Shown piece after piece: positions 1 through 5,650 of a DNA stretch of 12,862 nt. Numbering within the stretch: position 1 is the stretch's first letter; each line of letters opens with the position of its first letter. The position numbers were made by a program, and so were the translations under genes. This DNA is from Patescibacteria group bacterium. Lineage in GTDB: Bacteria; Patescibacteriota; Minisyncoccia; Phycocordibacterales; JBBUBG01. The notes under the pieces were generated by a model. That model did no database searches and was not told the DNA's origin. It saw only the letters and a program-made list of their open reading frames with translations. The DNA is taken from NCBI GenBank assembly GCA_040384765.1, contig JAZKIQ010000001.1, positions 54,374 to 67,235 on the forward strand. The letters are read 5' to 3'.

Positions 1-52
1 GAGAAAGTCCCGGGGCGAGGGCCGCGGGACTGCAACAGGTTCTTGGAGGCAT
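1..52 (-). CDS. Small hypothetical protein, 5' end only (MPPRTCCSPAALAPGLS..., runs off the window edge)
   Basis: ATG at 52 is preceded by AAGGAGG at 5 nt spacing. The frame is open to position 1 and lies just downstream of the 78..230 ORF, suggesting a shared transcript. Not in the ORF track. Confidence 0.5.
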   Translation of the reverse strand, partial: MPPRTCCSPAALAPGLS

Positions 53-77
53 GGAGCCCTCCTTTTTTTGCCGCGGT

Positions 78-230
78 CTAGAGACCGGGCGGGTTGTACG
101 GATCGTAGCTCCCATCAGGAGCCTCGGAGCCGTACGGGATCGAGCGGTAGAGCTGGCGCACGAGGTCGGGGCGCGTAGGTGCACCAGGCTGGAGGGGGTG
201 CTCGTACTCAAAGGGAAGATCTTCGAACAT
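78..230 (-). CDS. Orphan 50-aa Pro/Tyr/acidic protein (MFEDLPFEYEHPLQPGAPTRPDLVRQLYRSIPYGSEAPDGSYDPYNPPGL)
   Basis: Translated by hand: ATG 230 to TAG 78-80. GAGGAGG (243-249) is 12 nt upstream and a near-consensus promoter lies at 282-310. Confidence 0.6.
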   Translation of the reverse strand: MFEDLPFEYEHPLQPGAPTRPDLVRQLYRSIPYGSEAPDGSYDPYNPPGL

Positions 231-281
231 TGGTCCGTCGTACCTCCTCGATACGTCGGATACTCGTTACTGGCTGACCTG

Positions 282-310
282 AAGATAGCACGGAAAACCT
301 GCTATGTCAA
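282..310 (-). promoter_or_regulatory. Sigma70-type promoter TTGACA-N17-TATCTT with extended -10 (TGc)
   Basis: Minus strand reads TTGACA tagcaggttttccgtgc TATCTT. It contains the inverted repeat ATAGCA-N9-TGCTAT. Confidence 0.75.
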
Positions 311-316
311 TCTGAG

Positions 317-325
317 TGTGGAAAA
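317..325 (-). promoter_or_regulatory. DnaA-box-like 9-mer TTTTCCACA
   Basis: Matches TTWTNCACA and sits 6 nt upstream of the -35 at 305-310. Confidence 0.4.
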
Positions 326-347
326 CAGCAACTTTCATTTTCAAGCG

Positions 348-383
348 AAAAAAGGAAACCTCGACCAAGGGGTCGAGGGGTTC
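348..383 (-). terminator. Intrinsic terminator of the 408..608 ORF
   Basis: Stem CCTCGACC/GGTCGAGG with a 4-nt loop, followed on the minus strand by TTTCC and a T6 run. Confidence 0.75.
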
Positions 384-407
384 GTGGTGACTGGTTCGAG
401 AGTACCG

Positions 408-608
408 CTAACGGCCGGAGAGAGCGGTGTCTGCCGCTTCAGTGTCGGACACTTTCTTCTTCTCCGGATAGATAGGGATCACCTGCCCTGGCTTGGGGAG
501 CTCAGTGAGGCCTCCCAGCTGCATGAGGTCGACCGACGCGGACTTGTTCGCCGCGCGAGCGCCAACCTTCGGAGTCTTCGGGTGCTTATCGGCAGAACTG
601 TGGGTCAT
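408..608 (-). CDS. Orphan 66-aa hydrophilic protein (MTHSSADKHPK...ALSGR)
   Basis: Track ORF 408..653 with the start moved to ATG 608, because GAAAGGA lies 5 nt upstream. Flanked by a promoter (662-690) and a terminator (348-383). Confidence 0.6.
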   Translation of the reverse strand: MTHSSADKHPKTPKVGARAANKSASVDLMQLGGLTELPKPGQVIPIYPEKKKVSDTEAADTALSGR

Positions 609-661
609 CAGATTCCTTTCATCCCCCTGTTGTTCCAAGCGCGGTGTGCGCATCTAAGAGA

Positions 662-690
662 ACCGTAGCACCCGAGACCTCTCGTGTCAC
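662..690 (-). promoter_or_regulatory. Sigma70-type promoter GTGACA-N17-TACGGT with extended -10 (TGc)
   Basis: Minus strand reads GTGACA cgagaggtctcgggtgc TACGGT, the same geometry as the 282-310 promoter. Confidence 0.5.
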
Positions 691-692
691 AC

Positions 693-701
693 TGTGAATA
701 A
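693..701 (-). promoter_or_regulatory. DnaA-box-like 9-mer TTATTCACA
   Basis: Matches TTWTNCACA and sits 2 nt upstream of the -35 at 685-690. Confidence 0.45.
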
Positions 702-710
702 CTACCGAGG

Positions 711-797
711 GTTCAGAGTTTAAAGAACAGAGTTCAGAGCCCAGTCAGATTGAAGGCAGGGCCAGAGGCGCTGCAAGACTAAACTCTAAGCTCCTGA
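711..797. repeat. Heptamer-armed inverted-repeat element, copy 1 (overlaps the trmD 3' end)
   Basis: 711-749 matches 2622-2660 at 33/39 nt. The right arm ACTAAACTCTAAGCTCCTGA resembles ACTAAACTCTGAGC-CCTGA at 2697-2715. Confidence 0.8.
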
Positions 798-1439
798 GCC
801 CCTTCTTCCCTTTTTCCACTCCTCGATCTTTTCATGATGGCCCGAAAGGAGCACTTTTGGAACACGATGCTTTTTCCCGCCATGCAGGAACATCTCTGGC
901 CGGGTGTACACATCGGGGCTCGAGGTGCGCGCTTCTTCGAGCGACAAGAAGTCTCCGAGTACCCCCTCCACCTGCCGTGCCACAGCATCGATCACCACGA
1001 GCGCTGGGAGCTCCCCTCCAGTGAGGACATAGGGGCCAATCGAGAGCTCGGTAGCTTTGAGAGCCTTTTTTGCACGCGCATCGATCCCCTCATAGTGGCC
1101 ACAGATGAGCACGATGTCGGTATATTTTTTTGAAAAAGTAGCGGCATTTTTGTTGCTAAACTCTTTGCCACTTGGTGAGAAAATAAAAACCTTAGTTTCA
1201 CCTTTTGCACTCACAAGTGCTGACTCAGCTGCCTTGATCACTGGGAGTGCATACATCACCATTCCCGGGCCGCCACCATAGGGCCGGTCGTCTGCTTTGC
1301 GCCATTTGTTGTCGGTGTAGTCGCGTGGATTGTAAAAAAGCACTTTCAAATAGCCCGCTTCCTGGGCTCGCTTCAAAATAGAGCTGTCGAGGTATGAGGT
1401 AAATGCCTCGGGGAAAAGGGTCACTACATGGAAAGTCAT
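786..1439 (-). CDS. trmD: tRNA (guanine37-N1)-methyltransferase TrmD
   Basis: Family motifs DDRPYGGGPGM, CGHYEGID, SIGPYVLTGGELPAL, YTRP and VPKVLLSGHH; synteny with rpsP-khpA. Confidence 0.98.
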   Translation of the reverse strand: MTFHVVTLFPEAFTSYLDSSILKRAQEAGYLKVLFYNPRDYTDNKWRKADDRPYGGGPGMVMYALPVIKAAESALVSAKGETKVFIFSPSGKEFSNKNAATFSKKYTDIVLICGHYEGIDARAKKALKATELSIGPYVLTGGELPALVVIDAVARQVEGVLGDFLSLEEARTSSPDVYTRPEMFLHGGKKHRVPKVLLSGHHEKIEEWKKGRRGSGA

Positions 1440-1446
1440 TCGCTCA

Positions 1447-1455
1447 ACTGTAGCA
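1447..1455 (-). promoter_or_regulatory. Extended -10 (TGcTACAGT) 7 nt before the trmD ATG; probable leaderless promoter
   Basis: Minus strand reads TGC TACAGT tgagcga ATG, with no SD. Confidence 0.6.
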
Positions 1456-1460
1456 GAGTT

Positions 1461-1488
1461 TTGACTTTTGGGGAATATATTGTAGAGT
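1461..1488 (+). promoter_or_regulatory. Promoter TTGACT-N16-TAGAGT for the 1546 ORF
   Basis: TTGACT at 1461-1466 and TAGAGT at 1483-1488, back-to-back with the trmD promoter. Confidence 0.5.
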
Positions 1489-1545
1489 TTCTAACGGCGT
1501 TCGGCCAACTACCCCGAAACAGTTCCCCCAAAGGAGATTTCTCTC

Positions 1546-2133
1546 ATGACCCATGATCTCGTCGGTCAGCTCGCCCGGCTCAACACCATGTTCGGCCCGC
1601 TCTTTCCGGTGATGACCGCTCCCGATCCGAGAGCGGTCACGTCGCTCGTCTTCGGGGAGTTCCCTCTCACGGAGAAGAACGGCGGGAAGCCAGAAGTGGC
1701 GAACGGCATCTACACCGTCATCGGCCCCGATGCCGAAACCGCCAACTACCTGGTCGACCTCGGTGTCGCGGCAGCCATCGTGCTCGCGAATGCCCGTGCG
1801 CAGGGCAAGAGCGAGGAGGAGGCCCTCCAGATCCTTCGCGACAAGTACGCGGGTGTCGTGTACGGTTCCGGCGAAGACCTGATGACCTTCAGCACTCAGT
1901 TCGCCCTGATGACCGAGAAGTGCGGGTCGTTCTCGCGACTCGGTCTCTACCAGCGGCGCCTCGAGCAGATCGAAGCGGACCTCGCGGTCCTCAAGCAGAT
2001 CCGGACCGGCGAGATCGCCACCGTGCCGCGGATGACGCGACCGCACGCGATGTTCCTCGTCGAGTTCGTCGGCTACATGAGGGCAGCCTTCCATCAGCCG
2101 ATGGATTACCTCCTGCCGACCAAGACGAGCTAA
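1546..2133 (+). CDS. Orphan 195-aa hypothetical protein with strongly GC3-biased codons
   Basis: AAGGAG lies 9 nt before the ATG, most codons end in C or G, and it has its own promoter and terminator. No family recognised. Confidence 0.85.
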   Translation: MTHDLVGQLARLNTMFGPLFPVMTAPDPRAVTSLVFGEFPLTEKNGGKPEVANGIYTVIGPDAETANYLVDLGVAAAIVLANARAQGKSEEEALQILRDKYAGVVYGSGEDLMTFSTQFALMTEKCGSFSRLGLYQRRLEQIEADLAVLKQIRTGEIATVPRMTRPHAMFLVEFVGYMRAAFHQPMDYLLPTKTS

Positions 2134-2155
2134 GATCGATCGCGCTCGAATAAAC

Positions 2156-2192
2156 AGAACCGCCCCCGAAAGGGAGCGGTTCTTCTCTTTTT
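2156..2192 (+). terminator. Intrinsic terminator of the 1546 ORF, between convergent genes
   Basis: AGAACCGC-c-CCC GAAA GGG-a-GCGGTTCT followed by TCTCTTTTT. Confidence 0.8.
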
Positions 2193-2208
2193 GTACGTAT
2201 CTTTATTA

Positions 2209-2541
2209 CTATAGGTTGAGGTCTGCCATCGCTTCGTCTACGGTTTTTGTTGCATGGCCAGGAATAGCAGCAGCTTGCGCTCCCGCGCCCTCGGGTTCAT
2301 TGATCTTTAAATTTACGCGCGCGTTGTGCTTCATGCCTACCACTCGAAGGAGGGTGCGGATCGCTTTTGCCGTGTTTCCTGATCGTCCGATTGTTTTGCC
2401 CATATCCTCTGGATGCACATCGAGTGTCATGAGGACCCCCATCTCATCTACCTGTCGAGCTACCTTTACCTCTTCTGGATGATCTACCAGCGCCTTTACC
2501 ACGTATTCCAAGAATTCCTGATCCTGATGCATTTCAGCCAT
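2209..2541 (-). CDS. khpA: KH-domain RNA-binding protein KhpA/YlqC (UPF0109)
   Basis: Motif LEYVVKALVDHPEEV...DMGKTIGRSGNTAKAIRTLL with the GxxG KH loop; canonical position after rpsP. Confidence 0.93.
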   Translation of the reverse strand: MAEMHQDQEFLEYVVKALVDHPEEVKVARQVDEMGVLMTLDVHPEDMGKTIGRSGNTAKAIRTLLRVVGMKHNARVNLKINEPEGAGAQAAAIPGHATKTVDEAMADLNL

Positions 2542-2568
2542 GTGTGTTTCGTTAGTTGATCTGTCCCC

Positions 2569-2577
2569 ATTGTATCA
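2569..2577 (-). promoter_or_regulatory. Extended -10 TGaTACAAT for khpA
   Basis: Located 27 nt upstream of the ATG. The leader is A/C-rich with no canonical SD next to the start. Confidence 0.55.
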
Positions 2578-2621
2578 GTGAAAACAAAGGGTGGGTGGCA
2601 AAGGTTGTGAATATCGAACCC

Positions 2622-2728
2622 GTTCAGAGTTCAGAGATTAGAGTTTAGAGCTCAGTCAGACGCAAACGGCGCCCTGTAGGGCGCCGTTCGTGTACAACTA
2701 AACTCTGAGCCCTGATAACTGAACTCTA
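2622..2728. repeat. Heptamer-armed inverted-repeat element, copy 2, with a central GC hairpin (overlaps the rpsP stop)
   Basis: Minus strand: TAG AGTTCAG TTATCAG GGCTCAG AGTTTAG ... AACGGCGCCCT ac AGGGCGCCGTT ... CTGAGCT CTAAACT CTAATCT CTGAACT CTGAAC. Confidence 0.85.
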
Positions 2729-3025
2729 GACTTTCGCTGCTTCCTCTTTCTTCACCGGAGGCTTGCCGCCAACATCGATCTTCTTAGCTTTTACGATCTT
2801 GTTGCGCACCATCAAGTTGTGAACAGTAGCAGAAGGCTTTGCACCTTTCGAGATCCACGCCTTGATCTTCTCACCTTCAAGAATTGGGGGACCTTTGCGA
2901 GCGTCGTACGAGCCGAGCACCTCAAGAAACTTGCCACTCTGTGGGCCGTTCTTAGAGTCGGTCAAAACCACGCGAAAAGCCGGGTCGTGCTTTCGGCCTA
3001 CGCGCTGAAGTCGGATCATTAACAT
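2726..3025 (-). CDS. rpsP: 30S ribosomal protein S16
   Basis: Motif MLMIRLQRVGRKHDPAFRVV.TDS...GKFLEVLGSYD...WISKGAKPSATV. Start set at ATG 3025 (99 aa), not at the track start 3103. Confidence 0.97.
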   Translation of the reverse strand: MLMIRLQRVGRKHDPAFRVVLTDSKNGPQSGKFLEVLGSYDARKGPPILEGEKIKAWISKGAKPSATVHNLMVRNKIVKAKKIDVGGKPPVKKEEAAKV

Positions 3026-3032
3026 GGAAGAG

Positions 3033-3061
3033 ATAATAACAAAACCACCCTCTTTGGTCAA
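3033..3061 (-). promoter_or_regulatory. rpsP promoter TTGACC-N17-TATTAT, 7 nt before the ATG (leaderless)
   Basis: Minus strand reads TTGACC aaagagggtggttttgt TATTAT ctcttcc ATG. Confidence 0.75.
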
Positions 3062-3078
3062 ATCCCTATTGCAGATAC

Positions 3079-3807
3079 CTACCGTACCCCCTCTACTGCC
3101 CACGAAATCTCTGAGGGAAAGCTCCCCACGGCATTCATTTTTCCCCCTTTAAAATCAAGAGTTTGGATCGATACTCCCGGGACAGCCAGTACCATCGTTT
3201 GTACAAACTGTTCTATAGGTTGCTTGTTCTCTGAAAGCCACTCCTCGGGTACTTGATACCTTCCTACGGTAATCTCCTGTATCTCCATGGTCAGTTTGTT
3301 ATTTTTCCATTCAGCATCTACCTTCACACGAAAAGCGGGGGTGAGCCCGAGTGAGATCATAGGGTCAAGGTACTGCTTGATTGCAGCGAGCGAAATACCA
3401 TGCGCCTCCGCATAGCCAGGCAAGCGAGAGACGAGCATCTGGCCAGTCACCTCTGCTGTGCCATCTTCATTGATACGTACGGAACCTTCGCGAATAAAGT
3501 TGTAACGCCAGAGGTCGTTGCGCAAAAGCGCCGAGAGCTCGTTTGCCGTAAATGAAGCGTTGATGTTTGATTTTCCACTGAAGCGGAGGCTTGTTCGTAT
3601 CGGAGTATCCTCCTTCTGCTCTTTTATCGTAAGGCCAAGCTTTGTTTTTGCCGAGGTGAACTCTTGATCGGTGGGCATTGCACCCATATGGTCTGGGCTA
3701 TTTGCGCCAAGCACGGTCGACAGCACAGGCACCACTCCGTAGTATCCACCGACCAGAAGCAGAGCGAGTACTGCAACACCGAACACCAAAGCAAGTTTTT
3801 TTAACAT
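3079..3807 (-). CDS. Membrane-anchored or secreted hypothetical protein, 242 aa
   Basis: N-terminal MLKK followed by a long hydrophobic helix, then an alpha/beta body. Long non-overlapping ORF, co-directional with its neighbours. Confidence 0.85.
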   Translation of the reverse strand: MLKKLALVFGVAVLALLLVGGYYGVVPVLSTVLGANSPDHMGAMPTDQEFTSAKTKLGLTIKEQKEDTPIRTSLRFSGKSNINASFTANELSALLRNDLWRYNFIREGSVRINEDGTAEVTGQMLVSRLPGYAEAHGISLAAIKQYLDPMISLGLTPAFRVKVDAEWKNNKLTMEIQEITVGRYQVPEEWLSENKQPIEQFVQTMVLAVPGVSIQTLDFKGGKMNAVGSFPSEISWAVEGVR

Positions 3808-3848
3808 AGCGAGAAGTTATATAGATGTAGTATACGTGCGTGAAAAGC

Positions 3849-5081
3849 TTACGGCAATTGATCGCGTAGCTTTTTGTGATAGGTAATCGCAAAACGATGC
3901 GCCTCGGCATTTGCGAGCAGTATTTCGGTCTTGTGATCTTTTACAAGTGCGCTATCACCTGAAATGTGCGACGGCTTATGTTGTGCGTTTTTTACTACGG
4001 CAGCGACTGGAATAGTGAGCTTGTGCGCCTTGAGCACCCGCTCCGCCGTATTCTTTTGAGCGGTACTACCATCTACAACAATGAGGTCTGGCATCGGCCA
4101 CTCAGAATGCTTGAGTCTACGGGAGAGGAGTTCCTCAAGAGTTTTGTTGTCGTCGTTTTGTCGAGCAACTCGTATTTTAAATTTTCTATACTGAGACTTG
4201 TCGAGCTCTCCCCCTGTCGCAACGGTCATTACGCCTACAAGCGAGGTTCCACTAATATGTGCCGCGTCATACGCTTCGATGCGGTAGCCCGTTCGTGAGG
4301 GAGAGACGCCTCGCTTCATGAGCGCGACATCTTGAATATGCTCAAGCGCAAAGATCTTGTTCCGAAGGTAGGCAGCCTTCTCAAACTGCTCGGTCTCTGC
4401 GGCTGCGAACATCTCCTTTTGCATTTCGAGTACGATTTCACGTTTTTTGCCTTCAAAAAACAGCTTTATGCGCCGAATGATCTTGCGGTACTCCTCCTTG
4501 CCCATTTTACCCGAGCAAACGCCGGGACAGAGGCTGATACGCGCATTGAAGCACTCGCGAGCACTTCCCAACTCGCAGGTATCTCGAAATGAGAAGATAC
4601 GCCGAATGATCTTCATCGCCTCCTTGAGCTCAGACGCTTGCGGAAAAGGCCCATACGTCTCATCGAGGTGTTCGGGGAGATATCGGTCGTCTTGGGATAG
4701 GCCGAATAGCTCTTTGCCGCGCACCATGAGTACACGGGGAAAATCTTCCTTCATCAGTACTACATACCAGTAGCTTTTGTCATCCTTCTCTCGAGAGTTT
4801 GCTTCTGGCTGATGCTTCTTGATCAACTTTGCCTCAAGAATAAGCGCTTCGAGGACTGAATCAGCTGTCTCAAAGGTGATCGTATCTGCCTCCTCGAGCA
4901 TCTTCACAAGCCGTGGCCCGCGGGACACCATGAGATCGGGAGAAAAGTAGCTCCGAACTCGCTCGGCGAGCGAGGTAGCTTTGCCGATATATAAAATAGC
5001 CCCAGCCTCTCCTCCTTTTCGGAAGAGGTAGACGCCTGGGGTCCGAGGCAGTTCGATTTTCTTAAAATCTTCGAGAGTCAT
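3849..5081 (-). CDS. uvrC: Excinuclease ABC subunit C, shortened form (GIY-YIG, Cys cluster, UVR, RNase H-like; no HhH), 410 aa
   Basis: Motifs PGVYLF..LYIGKA..RVRSYF, EALILEAKLIKKHQP, a 4-Cys cluster, EQFEKAAYLRN, RIEAYDAAHISG, PDLIVVDG and EAHRFAITYH. Start set at ATG 5081 (MTLEDF). Confidence 0.92.
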   Translation of the reverse strand: MTLEDFKKIELPRTPGVYLFRKGGEAGAILYIGKATSLAERVRSYFSPDLMVSRGPRLVKMLEEADTITFETADSVLEALILEAKLIKKHQPEANSREKDDKSYWYVVLMKEDFPRVLMVRGKELFGLSQDDRYLPEHLDETYGPFPQASELKEAMKIIRRIFSFRDTCELGSARECFNARISLCPGVCSGKMGKEEYRKIIRRIKLFFEGKKREIVLEMQKEMFAAAETEQFEKAAYLRNKIFALEHIQDVALMKRGVSPSRTGYRIEAYDAAHISGTSLVGVMTVATGGELDKSQYRKFKIRVARQNDDNKTLEELLSRRLKHSEWPMPDLIVVDGSTAQKNTAERVLKAHKLTIPVAAVVKNAQHKPSHISGDSALVKDHKTEILLANAEAHRFAITYHKKLRDQLP

Positions 5082-5088
5082 TAGTTCT

Positions 5089-5094
5089 AGGGTA
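5089..5094 (-). promoter_or_regulatory. Possible -10 (TACCCT) 7 nt before the uvrC ATG
   Basis: TAnnnT hexamer at the same spacing as for rpsP and trmD. It follows an upstream terminator, so uvrC needs its own promoter. Confidence 0.45.
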
Positions 5095-5107
5095 TGACAA
5101 CCTTGCC

Positions 5108-5143
5108 AAAAGAAGAAGGGCCCCCTACAGCGGTAGGAGGCCC
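5108..5143 (-). terminator. Intrinsic terminator of the 5159..5584 ORF
   Basis: Minus strand reads GGGCCTCCTAC cgct GTAGGGGGCCC then TTCTTCTTTT. Confidence 0.75.
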
Positions 5144-5158
5144 CAAGGGACCCGCGTC

Positions 5159-5584
5159 TTACTGATTGTGCGGAAAGGGGATCACCTTTGCCGATTTGCT
5201 CTCGCGCTTTGCGAGCTTTCGCCAGCGCTTGATCGCGCGGGTGCACTCGTCCGGCGCGATCTCTTCGGGATGGCAGATGAACGACTTGATCTCCATCGCG
5301 GTCGTGTGCACCCAGCTCGAGTCCGCGTCGTCGGCATTCCGCGCCTTCTGTGATGCATGGGTGAGCCAGCTCATGATCACGACGCCGTTGTGGACGCGAT
5401 CGAAGTACTGAAACCATCCGAGCTTCCTCGAAGGGTTTTCAAACCCTTCGATAACGCGTGACATGAACTCTGTGTTGCTCATGGACTCCCACTCATCCGG
5501 GTCGATGACTGGCAGCAGAGTGAGCCGTCCCCAGTAGAGCCGCCACTCGAGGAGCAGGCCATGGATCAACTTCAGCAGTCGCAC
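5159..5584 (-). CDS. Orphan 141-aa hypothetical protein, GC3-rich
   Basis: AAGGAGG lies 5 nt before the GTG start. It has its own terminator and an AT-rich upstream region with TTGACT at 5640-5645. Confidence 0.8.
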   Translation of the reverse strand: MRLLKLIHGLLLEWRLYWGRLTLLPVIDPDEWESMSNTEFMSRVIEGFENPSRKLGWFQYFDRVHNGVVIMSWLTHASQKARNADDADSSWVHTTAMEIKSFICHPEEIAPDECTRAIKRWRKLAKRESKSAKVIPFPHNQ

Positions 5585-5650
5585 ATTCGCCTCCTTGGTT
5601 TTCGAACCTAACCTTACTTAAACATCATTTATTGTATTTAGTCAAATCTC

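Noticed and set aside
51-668. 205-aa plus-strand ORF
   Set aside because: It runs antisense across SD-led minus-strand ORFs, a promoter and a terminator, and has no recognisable protein features.
317-701. oriC
   Set aside because: Only isolated DnaA-type boxes are present, with no dense cluster, AT-rich unwinding region or dnaA/dnaN nearby.
1444-2094. 216-aa minus-strand ORF in the rimM position
   Set aside because: It is the antisense shadow of the GC3-rich 1546..2133 gene, is Arg/His-rich and is unlike RimM. The SD, promoter and terminator support the plus strand.
711-2728. Heptamer elements as integron attC sites or CRISPR repeats
   Set aside because: The GTT/AAC order is the reverse of attC (RYYYAAC...GTTRRRY). 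There are only two copies, with no regular spacers and no integrase or cas genes.
3026-3103. N-terminal extension of S16
   Set aside because: It spans the rpsP promoter and overlaps the upstream gene. S16 homology starts at MLMIRL.
5082-5417. 112-aa N-terminal extension of UvrC in the ORF track
   Set aside because: It overlaps the 141-aa gene in another frame and crosses its terminator. UvrC homology starts at MTLEDF.
5616-5645. Full -35/-10 promoter for the 141-aa ORF
   Set aside because: TTGACT is present, but there is no TAnnnT at 16-18 nt spacing, so it was not called as a feature.
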